Shown here: piece by piece, positions 1-9,346 of the stretch | How positions within the stretch are numbered: position 1 is the stretch's first letter | Layout of the letters: every line of letters begins with the position of its first letter | Source: an uncultured Chitinophaga sp. | Lineage (GTDB): Bacteria; Bacteroidota; Bacteroidia; NS11-12g; UBA9320 | Assembly (NCBI GenBank): GCA_964617955.1 | Contig: CAZTXB010000015.1 | Coordinates: 290 to 64,289 of the forward strand | DNA: 64,000 bases | Direction of reading: 5' to 3' | Position numbers and translations under genes: made by a program | The notes under the pieces: model-generated | What the model saw: only the letters and a program-made list of their open reading frames with translations | What the model was told of the DNA's origin: nothing | Database searches by the model: none

Positions 1-38
1 GCGTATTGGCGATTCAATACCTTAAACGATAATTTAGA

Positions 39-899
39 ATGAAAGGAATCATATTGGCCGGCGGTTCCGGCACGCGACTGCATCCACTCACTTTGGCCAT
101 GAGCAAGCAAATGATGCCTGTTTATGATAAGCCGATGATATACTATCCCCTTTCGGTTCTGATGAGTGCAGGTATACGTGAAATTCTCATCATCAGCACG
201 CCGCATGATCTTCCCCATTTTAAAAAATTATTGGGCGATGGAAAGGACCTGGGATGCGAGTTCAGTTATAAAATTCAAGAAATCCCGAATGGACTGGCGC
301 AGGCCTTTGTTATAGGCGAAGAATTTATTGGCAGCGATAAAGTGGCTTTAATTTTAGGAGACAATATATTTTTTGGCAGCAATTTACAGGATTTGTTGCT
401 GGAAAGCAGAAATCCCGATGGCGGCGTGGTCTTCGCCTACCATGTTTCAGATCCGGAGCGTTATGGGGTGGTGGAGTTCGATTCCTACATGAAGGTTTTG
501 AGCATTGAAGAAAAACCGGAGCACCCCAAATCGAATTATGCGGTACCGGGCCTTTATTTTTATGATAACTCGGTGGTGAAAATTGCAAAGGAACTCAAAC
601 CTTCGGCACGTGGGGAATACGAAATAACCGACGTGAACAAGCATTACCTCAACATGCAAAAACTAAGGGTTGGGGTGATGAGCAGAGGAACGGCCTGGCT
701 CGACACAGGTACCTTTTCTTCCTTGATGCAAGCAGGTCAGTTTGTTCAGGTAATAGAAGAGAGGCAAGGACTCAAAATTGGCTGCATTGAAGAGATAGCA
801 TATCAGATGGGCTTTATCACTGCAGAGCAACTGAGGGCCTTGGCCCTTCCACTCACCAAGAGCGGGTATGGCGATTATCTCTTACAAATAATCAAATAA
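39..899 (+). CDS. rfbA: Glucose-1-phosphate thymidylyltransferase
   Basis: N-terminal [39 protein letters not shown] and WLDTG motifs of RmlA/RfbA. Confidence 0.97.
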   Translation: MKGIILAGGSGTRLHPLTLAMSKQMMPVYDKPMIYYPLSVLMSAGIREILIISTPHDLPHFKKLLGDGKDLGCEFSYKIQEIPNGLAQAFVIGEEFIGSDKVALILGDNIFFGSNLQDLLLESRNPDGGVVFAYHVSDPERYGVVEFDSYMKVLSIEEKPEHPKSNYAVPGLYFYDNSVVKIAKELKPSARGEYEITDVNKHYLNMQKLRVGVMSRGTAWLDTGTFSSLMQAGQFVQVIEERQGLKIGCIEEIAYQMGFITAEQLRALALPLTKSGYGDYLLQIIK

Positions 900-906
900 T
901 CACAAA

Positions 907-2586
907 ATGGGGGCCCTATGGCAATTGTTAGCCCTTCTTTTCCGCCAAGGTAAATCAGCCTTTGTACTTGTTTTTTTGATTTCCCTTCTCTCGGTTTTGA
1001 TAGAAATTTGTGGTTTAACCCTGTTGTACCTCGTTATTTCTGGCATGCTCAACCAAAGCGGACAAATTCAGGTCCCCGTTTATCCTTTTGAATTTCCTTT
1101 GTCGGCAGGGGTATTTTTATTGGTGGGCGTTTACGCCTTTAAATTTTTATTTTCAATTTGGCAAAGCCGCTTCCTTCTTGCATACTGTAACCGCATTAAC
1201 TATAAAATTACGACCCAAATTATAGAATCGTACTATTCGGAGAGCACGGAGGTATTTAAAAATTCGGTGATATCCGACGCCTTGAATAAAGTATTTACCA
1301 TCGGTGGTTTTTTTTCAGAAACGGTTTTTCAAAGCATTCTTGTTCTCTTTGCCGAGTGCGTTCTCACGCTTATTCTCGTCACGACCCTATTTCTCTTTAA
1401 TTTTAAAATTCTTTTACTTCTGGCCCTCTTCCTGGTTCCTTTATGCGGCCTGTTAATCTATATGAGCCGAAGAAAACTCAAAAATATGAGTGCCATAATC
1501 ATGAACGGTAATATGGTTTTTCACCATTCCGTCATGACCTTGTTTTTTGGAATGCTCGACATCAAACTCTCCGGCAGGTATGCTCATTTCTTCAAGGAAT
1601 TTGAGGACAATATGTTGGCTTTACAAAAAACAAGAAGCACCATAAGCCTTGAAAACAGCTTTCCTTCTAAAGTATTAGAGTTCGCTGTGGTATTGGGCAT
1701 TGGCTTGTTTTTTTTTATAAGCTTTGAGGGTGAGGGTGCTTTTAACCAGGCACCAATGCTAGTGGCCATGGCCACAGCCGCTTTTAGGTTTGTGCCATCG
1801 GCAAACCGAATCATCGGATGCTTTCAAAACCTGAATATTTATGGAGAGTATATAAGGTTTATCTTAAAAACGGCAGGGAAAAAATTTGAGGTTCAAAAGA
1901 GAGATGCCGCGGATTTAAATAAGCTTCAAAGTCTTGAACTCAGAAACATACATTTCAGTTACAATCAGGCTGAAGTGCTGAACGGCGTTACGCTTAAGCT
2001 CGAGCCGGGTCGTATTCTCGGCCTCAGTGGCAAATCGGGAGCAGGTAAAACCACGCTTGTCAATATCATTAGCGGATTATTGCTTGCACATAAAGGGGAA
2101 ATATTACTCAACGGCGAGCCTATGACTCAGGAGGGTCGTGAAAATTTGCTGCACAAATCGGCGTATTTGATGCAGGATGCGTTCTTTATGAATGCCACCA
2201 TTAGAGAGAATGTGGTATTTGGCTTTGCCTATGATTCGCAAAAGATGGCGCATTGTTTGCGATTGGTTAATATGCAGCAATGGGTTTTGGCCCAGCCTCT
2301 GGGCATAGAAACCTCTATAGGCGAAAACGCCACCAAGCTCAGCGGGGGACAGAAACAGAGATTGGCCATTGCACGCGCATTGTACAGAGAATCAGCATTG
2401 CTCATTCTCGACGAACCATCGAATGCTCTGGACAGTGAGAATAAAGAGGACATCCTTTCGGTAGTAAAGAATTTAACCCTGGATCAAAAACTTATCACCA
2501 TTTTGGTGTCGCATGATGCATCGGTTTTAAAAGCGGCCGATGAAGTATATACCTTAGAGCATGGGATCTTAAAAATAAAAGAATGA
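907..2586 (+). CDS. ABC transporter, fused permease/ATPase (PglK/MsbA-like, possibly glycan export)
   Basis: N-terminal hydrophobic helices; Walker A GKSGAGKT, signature LSGGQKQR, Walker B LLILDE; directly follows rfbA. Confidence 0.85.
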   Translation: MGALWQLLALLFRQGKSAFVLVFLISLLSVLIEICGLTLLYLVISGMLNQSGQIQVPVYPFEFPLSAGVFLLVGVYAFKFLFSIWQSRFLLAYCNRINYKITTQIIESYYSESTEVFKNSVISDALNKVFTIGGFFSETVFQSILVLFAECVLTLILVTTLFLFNFKILLLLALFLVPLCGLLIYMSRRKLKNMSAIIMNGNMVFHHSVMTLFFGMLDIKLSGRYAHFFKEFEDNMLALQKTRSTISLENSFPSKVLEFAVVLGIGLFFFISFEGEGAFNQAPMLVAMATAAFRFVPSANRIIGCFQNLNIYGEYIRFILKTAGKKFEVQKRDAADLNKLQSLELRNIHFSYNQAEVLNGVTLKLEPGRILGLSGKSGAGKTTLVNIISGLLLAHKGEILLNGEPMTQEGRENLLHKSAYLMQDAFFMNATIRENVVFGFAYDSQKMAHCLRLVNMQQWVLAQPLGIETSIGENATKLSGGQKQRLAIARALYRESALLILDEPSNALDSENKEDILSVVKNLTLDQKLITILVSHDASVLKAADEVYTLEHGILKIKE

Positions 2587-3437
2587 AAACGCCTAAAAAG
2601 AAACATTTATTTTGGCTCATTCCCCTCGTCATCCTGGTAATGTTAAACTTTTCGGGATGTTTACAATTTAGAGAGAGCGACCGAAAAATTTCAAAGCGGC
2701 TGGTGAAAAAGGGTTTAAAACCCGAGTTTCACGATTTTAAGAGCGGGAATCAAACCATACACTATTGGGATATTCCCAATGAGGGCAAGCCCTTAATGAT
2801 GTTTATCCACGGTTCACCGGGCAGCAGTACCGCGTTAATGGGTATTGCCACCGACAGCGTCATTACCTCTAGGGCCCATGTCGTGATGGTGGACCGTCCT
2901 GGCTTTGGGTATTCAAATTTCGGAAAGGCCGAAAAAAGTTTAAGCAGGCAAAGTGAGCTTCTGGGAGGTGTCATGAATAACTATTTAAATGTAAAAAAAA
3001 TACTGGTTGGGCATTCCCTGGGAGGTCCTCTGGCAGCTAAAATGGCAATAGATTTTCCCAATGAAGTTTCGGCCATCGTGATACTGGCCGGCTCTATAGA
3101 TCCGGATTTGGAGCCTCATGAATGGCATCGCAAACCCATGGCAAGCAAATGGATACGTTGGATGATTCCCAAATCGTTTGCAGCCTCCAACGACGAAATC
3201 ATTCCTCTTAAAAACGAATTGACGAAAATGCTACCCGATTGGGAAAAAATAAACATTCCTGTGATTGTAATACAGGGAACCAAAGATGGGTTTGTGCCAA
3301 AGGAAAATGCAGAATTTGCAAAAAAAATGCTCACACATGCCTCTCTAAAAATTCGCTACCTAAAAGGAGAATCTCATTTTTTTCCCTTTACAAAACCTGA
3401 AATAGTCGTCACTGAACTTTTAGAGTTGCTCAAATAG
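2583..3437 (+). CDS. Alpha/beta hydrolase
   Basis: HGSPG oxyanion motif, DRPGFG, nucleophile elbow GHSLGG, C-terminal catalytic His (GESHF). Confidence 0.9.
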   Translation: MKTPKKKHLFWLIPLVILVMLNFSGCLQFRESDRKISKRLVKKGLKPEFHDFKSGNQTIHYWDIPNEGKPLMMFIHGSPGSSTALMGIATDSVITSRAHVVMVDRPGFGYSNFGKAEKSLSRQSELLGGVMNNYLNVKKILVGHSLGGPLAAKMAIDFPNEVSAIVILAGSIDPDLEPHEWHRKPMASKWIRWMIPKSFAASNDEIIPLKNELTKMLPDWEKINIPVIVIQGTKDGFVPKENAEFAKKMLTHASLKIRYLKGESHFFPFTKPEIVVTELLELLK

Positions 3438-3545
3438 GTTTGATGATGCTTTTTGGTTGTAGGGGTTCATGCATAGTATTTAAGAACCTAGGCTAAGACT
3501 GATGTAACTTCAAGCGCAGCATAAATTATTTCAATTGAGCTTAAA

Positions 3546-3787
3546 ATAGGGCCTGCTGAAAAAGTTCAGTGTGCGTGCAGGACGAGGCGGCAAAGCGCAG
3601 ATGTACTTTGACGTACTTCAAGCTGCAGCCGCTGAAGTAATGCATGTGCAATGAACTAACGACCTCATCAAGGCATTCGATGAACGCCATTTTGATACTT
3701 TACTGATTTTAACGTGTATTAAAAGAAATAGAAGCTAATGAGAGCCTAATCATATCAAGCTTTGAAGTGTTTTTCAGCAGGCCCTAT
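3546..3787. mobile_element. MITE-like non-autonomous element
   Basis: Perfect 18-bp terminal inverted repeats ATAGGGCCTGCTGAAAAA (3546-3563) / TTTTTCAGCAGGCCCTAT (3770-3787); no ORF inside; TA flanks may be a target duplication. Confidence 0.6.
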
Positions 3788-3792
3788 AATAG

Positions 3793-3831
3793 AAGAGCGA
3801 AGCACATCGGTTTTGTACTTCGCTCTTTTTT
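3793..3831. terminator. Intrinsic terminator hairpin downstream of the displaced tRNA 3' half and the rfbA operon
   Basis: AAGAGCGAAG (3793-3802) / CTTCGCTCTT (3818-3827) stem followed by a T-run on the + strand. Confidence 0.7.
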
Positions 3832-3832
3832 G

Positions 3833-3873
3833 TAGCCCCGACGGGAATCGAACCCATATCTAAAGTTTAGGAA
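3833..3873 (-). pseudogene. Displaced 3' half of host tRNA-Arg(CCT); left att junction
   Basis: Minus strand reads TTCCTAAACTTTAGATATGGGTTCGATTCCCGTCGGGGCTA (anticodon loop, T-arm, acceptor 3' strand); the sequence upstream only loosely resembles a 5' half and cannot form the acceptor stem. Confidence 0.85.
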
Positions 3874-3956
3874 GTCTTTATTTTATCCTTAATAACTTTT
3901 TCGTATCTATCTTAAAATCAATACAATTAAATTATTTTTAAAACACTCTAAAATTC

Positions 3957-4047
3957 AATTTGTGAGATATTTGTGAGACCAGAGTCATAATCTCGTTTTT
4001 TGTGAAGTTAATTTTCTATCCCAAAAATTGTGAGATTTTTTGTGAGG
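3957..4047. repeat. Putative integrase arm-type sites, left end
   Basis: AATTTGTGAGATATTTGTGAGAC at 3957-3979 is identical to 24019-24041; further TTGTGAG copies at 4028-4047. Confidence 0.7.
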
Positions 4048-4086
4048 TTTCTTAAAAAGAAAAATTAATAAATCCTTCTAAAATAC

Positions 4087-4161
4087 TGGTAGCCTCGGCG
4101 AGAATCGAACTCACATCAATTGTTTAGGAAACAACTATTCTATCCATTGAACTACGGGGCC
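4087..4161 (-). tRNA. tRNA-Arg(CCT), island-encoded, with encoded CCA
   Basis: GGCCCCGTAGTTCAATGGATAGAATAGTTGTTTCCTAAACAATTGATGTGAGTTCGATTCTCGCCGAGGCTACCA folds as a cloverleaf; anticodon CCT; one C-A mismatch in the acceptor stem. Confidence 0.92.
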
Positions 4162-4253
4162 GTTGATTTTCAGAGGTTTATATTCTGAAAATACTAAGTA
4201 CAAAGAAAGGGAAATTTAGGGAAATTATCTATCAAAGTTTTTGGGGATTTCCT

Positions 4254-4529
4254 TTAAAAATTTTGGTTTGCTTCACCTTTTAACCGTTCTATTTCGGAAG
4301 CATAAATTTGCCAGGAACATCCAGGGGCATCTTGCCTTGCTTTTAACTTCCCAATCAGGCACTTGTAGGCTATCGTTGAATATTTTATTCCGGTTATCTT
4401 GCCAAATTCTTTAGGAGAATAGAATTCTTTTGCATCCGATTTGCCATTAAGTATATCTTTTAACCTTGTAAAGATTCTTTTCTCCATTTCTGTTAGGTCA
4501 AATTTTGTAGCCAAATCTTCGAAATTCAT
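4254..4529 (-). CDS. Excisionase-like winged-HTH DNA-binding protein (HTH_17/MerR-like)
   Basis: 91 aa; FYSPKEFGKITGIKYSTI...GKLKA...W.I pattern typical of Xis/RDF proteins; lies at an island end. Confidence 0.7.
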   Translation of the reverse strand: MNFEDLATKFDLTEMEKRIFTRLKDILNGKSDAKEFYSPKEFGKITGIKYSTIAYKCLIGKLKARQDAPGCSWQIYASEIERLKGEANQNF

Positions 4530-4580
4530 TTCTTTTGTTGTTTGCTTTCAAAATTATCGCAAGTAATCCTTTTCCTAATA

Positions 4581-4622
4581 ACACCCCCCTGCCGTGAAAT
4601 AAAATCACGGCAGGACACCCCC
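4581..4622 (+). repeat. Palindromic site R1
   Basis: ACACCCCC-CTGCCGTGA(4589-4597)-AATAAAA-TCACGGCAG(4605-4613)-GACACCCCC. Confidence 0.9.
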
Positions 4623-4746
4623 GAATGGTATTATTGGAGTACACAGGTTTTACAGGGGTTTAGTTATCTCTCATTTTTTAAATTTATGGCAGGGGGGTGT
4701 GCGTTTATCTATTATTTGTAATTTGCACCCTATTCTTACCAAGGTT

Positions 4747-7158
4747 ATGCTGGATAAAAAAACCTTATCGGAACGAGATATTTGCACCAAATATATTACC
4801 CCGGCTATTCAATTGGCGGGGTGGGATATGCATACACAATTTTTGGAGGAAGTATCTTTTACGGATGGTAAAATATATGTTCGTGGCAGGCTGACATCCA
4901 GAGGTGAACGCAAGCGGGCTGATTACATTTTGTATTACAAACCCAACATTCCGATTGCCATTGTTGAAGCTAAGGATAATAATTATTCAGTAAGAGCTGG
5001 AATTCAACAAGCTTTGGATTATGCCAGGATTTTAGACATCCCTTGTGTTTTTAGCAGCAATGGGGATGGCTTTTTATTTCATGACAGAACAGCCACAGGT
5101 GAAAATATTGAAACTGAACTTGGAATTGATAAATTTCCAACACCGGAGCAGCTTTGGGAAAAGTATAAAAAGTATAAAGGTATCACTACACCTGAAGTTG
5201 AAAAAATAGCCGCACAGGATTATTATTTTGACGGCACAAGCCGCAAACCGAGATATTACCAGCAAATAGCGGTAAACCGGACAGTTGAAGCCATTGCCAA
5301 TGGCCAAAACAGGATTCTGTTAGTTATGGCAACAGGAACAGGAAAGACCTATACAGCTTTTCAAATAATTCACCGGCTATGGAAAAGTGGCGCAAAAAAA
5401 CGGATATTATTTTTAGCTGACCGAAACGCCTTGATTGACCAAACCCGGCGTAACGATTTTAAACATTTCAAGGATAAAATGACGGTTGTAAAAGACCGTC
5501 AGATTGATAAAAGCTATGAAATTTATTTGGCCTTGTATCAAGGTTTATCAGGCAATGACGAAGAGGCCAACGCTTACAAACAGTTTTCAAGAAACTTCTT
5601 TGATTTAATAGTAATTGATGAGTGCCATCGTGGAAGCGCAAAGGAAGATAGTAGTTGGCGGGAGATTTTAACTTATTTCCAAAATGCAACCCACATTTGT
5701 TTAACAGCCACGCCAAAAGAAACCGACACTGCCAGCAATACAGAATATTTTGGTGACCCTGTTTATACATATTCATTAAAGCAGGGAATTGATGATGGTT
5801 TCTTAGCTCCCTATCGTGTAGTAAGAATTGCCTTAAATATTGATGCCGAAGGCTGGCGACCGGAACAAGGCAAGACCGACAAAGATGGTAACGTAGTAGA
5901 AGACCGTATTTACAACCGTAAAGATTATGATAAAAGCCTTGTTATAGAGGAAAGAACCGATATTGTTGCCCAAAAACTGACCGAGTTTTTAAAAGGATAT
6001 GACCGATTTGCTAAAACCATTGTTTTTTGTGTTGACATTGACCACGCAGAAAGAATGAGAACCGCTTTAGCAAGGCACAATTCGGATTTAGTTGCCGGAA
6101 ATTATAAATACATCATGCAAATAACGGGGGATAATGATGAAGGAAAACGGGAGTTAGACAATTTTATAAACCCGGAAGAAAAATATCCGGTAATAGCAAC
6201 CACCTCCGAATTAATGACTACCGGAATTGACGCACAAACCTGCAAAGTAATTGTATTGGATGCCAATATCAATTCAATGACCAAGTTCAAACAAATTATA
6301 GGGCGTGGAACACGAATCAATGAAGAATACGACAAAATGTATTTTACAATTCTTGATTTCAGGAATGTAACGGATTTATTTGCCGATAAAGATTTTGATG
6401 GTGATCCAATTCGTGTAAAACCAATTTCGCAGGATGAAGATTTATCAATGCTTGTAATAGAAGAAGAAGAAAATACACTAACTGTTTTGGATGAAATAAG
6501 CGGTGAAGAAATTGTGTTTGAAAAAGCCAAAATTCGTTATCCGGATGGTTCGCAACCCTTTGGAAACTGGATTGCCAGAGAACCAAATAGTAACAGGGAA
6601 AAGGTAGTTGTAAATGGTGTAGATGTTTCTGTTTTGGTAAGCCGTGAATTGTATTTTGACCACCAGGGAAGACCCATCACGGTGAGTTTAAAAGACCATA
6701 CCAAAGAAATTATTACAGGCAAATATGCTTCTCTGGATGATTTTTTAACCCGGTGGAAAAATACGGAACGGAAAGAGGCCATCATCACGGAACTAATTGA
6801 ACAGGGTGTAATGGTGGAAGCCTTGTATGAAGCGGTGGACAAGCAGGTGGATTTATTCGACCTCATTTGTCATGTTGCTTATGACCAGCCACCTTTAACC
6901 CGAAAAGAAAGAGCCAACAATGTTAAGAAACGAAATTATTTTACAAAATATGGTGAAAAAGCCAAAAAGGTAATGGAAGCCTTGCTTGATAAATATGCGG
7001 ATGAAGGTATAACTAATATCGAAAACATTGAAGTATTGAGAGTAAACCCATTTGATGAGTTTGGTTCGCCAATAGAAATTATTAATGAGTTTGGTAGTAA
7101 AGAAAAATATTTGCAAGCGATCAAAGAATTAGAAACTGAGTTATATAAAACGGCATAA
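4747..7158 (+). CDS. hsdR: Type I restriction enzyme R subunit (EcoEI/EcoAI-like)
   Basis: SERDICTKYI N-terminus, AD...IVEAK nuclease motif, MATGTGKT, DECHRG and EcoEI-type C-terminus; ATG 4747 preferred over GTG 4699. Confidence 0.95.
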   Translation: MLDKKTLSERDICTKYITPAIQLAGWDMHTQFLEEVSFTDGKIYVRGRLTSRGERKRADYILYYKPNIPIAIVEAKDNNYSVRAGIQQALDYARILDIPCVFSSNGDGFLFHDRTATGENIETELGIDKFPTPEQLWEKYKKYKGITTPEVEKIAAQDYYFDGTSRKPRYYQQIAVNRTVEAIANGQNRILLVMATGTGKTYTAFQIIHRLWKSGAKKRILFLADRNALIDQTRRNDFKHFKDKMTVVKDRQIDKSYEIYLALYQGLSGNDEEANAYKQFSRNFFDLIVIDECHRGSAKEDSSWREILTYFQNATHICLTATPKETDTASNTEYFGDPVYTYSLKQGIDDGFLAPYRVVRIALNIDAEGWRPEQGKTDKDGNVVEDRIYNRKDYDKSLVIEERTDIVAQKLTEFLKGYDRFAKTIVFCVDIDHAERMRTALARHNSDLVAGNYKYIMQITGDNDEGKRELDNFINPEEKYPVIATTSELMTTGIDAQTCKVIVLDANINSMTKFKQIIGRGTRINEEYDKMYFTILDFRNVTDLFADKDFDGDPIRVKPISQDEDLSMLVIEEEENTLTVLDEISGEEIVFEKAKIRYPDGSQPFGNWIAREPNSNREKVVVNGVDVSVLVSRELYFDHQGRPITVSLKDHTKEIITGKYASLDDFLTRWKNTERKEAIITELIEQGVMVEALYEAVDKQVDLFDLICHVAYDQPPLTRKERANNVKKRNYFTKYGEKAKKVMEALLDKYADEGITNIENIEVLRVNPFDEFGSPIEIINEFGSKEKYLQAIKELETELYKTA

Positions 7159-7925
7159 TGGCTTTAATAGAAATTTCAGAAACACAACTTGCATTTGGCT
7201 ATTTACATTCCTACATCAATGTTTACAGACCAAGACGATTTATGCTTCCGTCCATTAGACAAGAAGGAGGAATGGTTCGTTTCCCTTACCCTGGGGCTGA
7301 CATAATTCTAAATTCCAACCATTTAATTCAATTTAAAAGACCATTCTATTTTACAACAAATGGAATTAAAGAGTTTTGGCATTTCTCAAAACCTACTGAC
7401 ATTGACCCACCATACTTTAGATTTTATATAAAAAACGATAATCCCACTAATCAACTTTCAAGTTTGGTTCGTGCAACTCAAAGCGGTTTATCTGCTGAAT
7501 ACATAAGTCCACTTTTTACAAACGAAACGGAATTTTTCAACTTAATGAGAAATGACCGAAGACATCTTGAAGCTTATGCTCATATTGACATTGCTCAATT
7601 TAGCGGAATGCTTAAAACAATCGGAAATAATAATGAACATACAATTATCTACAATCTACAATCAGTAGAAAACGATTTCTGTTACTGCTTTTCAGAACCA
7701 AAAAAAATAAAAGCGGAACAATATAAAGAGAATACAGTAATTAAATTTCAAGACCAAAATTTCAATGCTTCTGACATTGTAAAACTTATTCGTTCCATTT
7801 TCTTTCAGGAAGAAGATTTTTCATTTCAATCAGACAACACACTATATCAATGTCGTGTTTTACAGAACAGATTATTAGTTCAAAGAGACATTATTTGGCA
7901 TTTTAACTATATAATAAACAGATGA
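7158..7925 (+). CDS. Uncharacterised protein inserted between hsdR and hsdM; possible PD-(D/E)xK-like nuclease
   Basis: 255-aa ORF coupled by TAATG and ATGA overlaps; PSIRQEG..GADI...IQFKRP resembles an E..D..QxK nuclease core. Confidence 0.6.
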   Translation: MALIEISETQLAFGYLHSYINVYRPRRFMLPSIRQEGGMVRFPYPGADIILNSNHLIQFKRPFYFTTNGIKEFWHFSKPTDIDPPYFRFYIKNDNPTNQLSSLVRATQSGLSAEYISPLFTNETEFFNLMRNDRRHLEAYAHIDIAQFSGMLKTIGNNNEHTIIYNLQSVENDFCYCFSEPKKIKAEQYKENTVIKFQDQNFNASDIVKLIRSIFFQEEDFSFQSDNTLYQCRVLQNRLLVQRDIIWHFNYIINR

Positions 7926-9346
7926 GCAACTTATCAGGCATAATAAAATCTATCCGCAATGATATGCGTGAAGACCGTGGCGTAAGCGGTGACGGGCAAC
8001 GCATAGAGCAATTGGGCTGGATGCTATTCTTGAAAATATTTGACGACAAAGACAAGGAACTGGAATTGATGGACGAGAAATACAAATCGCCCATTCCCGA
8101 AAAATTTAAGTGGAGAAACTGGGCCGCCAACGATGAAGGCATGACAGGTGATGAACTTCTAACCTTTGTTGACCAGCAACTTTTCCCCACATTGAAAGAT
8201 CTTTCAGCCCTTGACCCACGGGCATACATGGTGCGTGAAGTGTTTGAAGGCAACAACAACTACATGAAAAGTGGCATCAACATTCGCAAGGTATTGAACA
8301 AGCTGAACGAAATTGATTTTAATAAAGCCAGCGAACGGCATTTGTTTGGGGAGATTTACGAAACCATTTTGCAGGAACTGCAAAGTGCGGGTGATTATGG
8401 TGAGTTTTACACACCACGAGCCGTTACACAATTTATTACCGACATCATCAATCCAAAATTAGATGAGAAAATTCTTGACCCGGCTTGCGGAACTGGCGGT
8501 TTCTTAACTTCTGCCATTGACCACTTAAAAAAGCAAACCAAGAACATTGACCAACGTAAAGCCATTCAAAAAAACATACAAGGTTGGGAATGGAAACCAT
8601 TGCCTTATGTATTGGCAACTACCAATTTGATTTTGCACGATATTGAATTACCTGACATTACTTATCGTGATGCTTTGGACAAACCTTTATCGGAATACAG
8701 AGAGAAAGACCGTGTCAATGTAATCATTGCCAATCCACCGTTTGGCGGCACGGTAGCCAACAACAACGAAAATAATTTTCCGCAAAACTATCGGGTAAAA
8801 GAAAGTGCCGACTTGTTTTTAATCTTGATGATACACTTGCTAAAGCAAGGAGGCAGAGCAGGAATTGTTTTGCCTGATGGAAGTTTGTCAGGTGATGGAG
8901 TTAAGCAACGTATTCGCCAAAAACTGTTGGAAGATTGCAACCTGCACACCATTATACGTTTGCCTAATTCTGTTTTCAAACCTTATGCAACCGTTGCAAC
9001 CAATCTTTTATTTTTTGACAAAGGGAAACCGACAAAAGACGTTTGGTATTATCAGCACAAATATCAGGAAGGGGTAAAATCCTATTCAAAAACCAATCCG
9101 CTTAAACTGGAAGAACTCGACCCAATTAAAACTTGGTGGAAGAAAAGAACTGAAAGCGAAGTGAGTTGGAAAGTTTCTATTGATACCATTATTGAACGGG
9201 GATATGACTTGGATATTAAAAATCCGAATGCTTTAGTAGAAGAAAGCGAGGAAACATCGAATGAAATACTTACAAGAATTGACACCGAGCAAAATAAAAT
9301 TCACGAAATAGTTGGCAAACTGAAAACACTTTTAGCAACTGAATGA
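7922..9346 (+). CDS. hsdM: Type I R-M methyltransferase
   Basis: GEFYTPR, motif I DPACGTGG, motif IV NPPF. Confidence 0.96.
   Translation: MSNLSGIIKSIRNDMREDRGVSGDGQRIEQLGWMLFLKIFDDKDKELELMDEKYKSPIPEKFKWRNWAANDEGMTGDELLTFVDQQLFPTLKDLSALDPRAYMVREVFEGNNNYMKSGINIRKVLNKLNEIDFNKASERHLFGEIYETILQELQSAGDYGEFYTPRAVTQFITDIINPKLDEKILDPACGTGGFLTSAIDHLKKQTKNIDQRKAIQKNIQGWEWKPLPYVLATTNLILHDIELPDITYRDALDKPLSEYREKDRVNVIIANPPFGGTVANNNENNFPQNYRVKESADLFLILMIHLLKQGGRAGIVLPDGSLSGDGVKQRIRQKLLEDCNLHTIIRLPNSVFKPYATVATNLLFFDKGKPTKDVWYYQHKYQEGVKSYSKTNPLKLEELDPIKTWWKKRTESEVSWKVSIDTIIERGYDLDIKNPNALVEESEETSNEILTRIDTEQNKIHEIVGKLKTLLATE

Noticed and set aside
3833-3905. A second intact tRNA-Arg at the left junction
   Set aside because: No GGCCCCG 5' strand; the acceptor and anticodon stems cannot pair.
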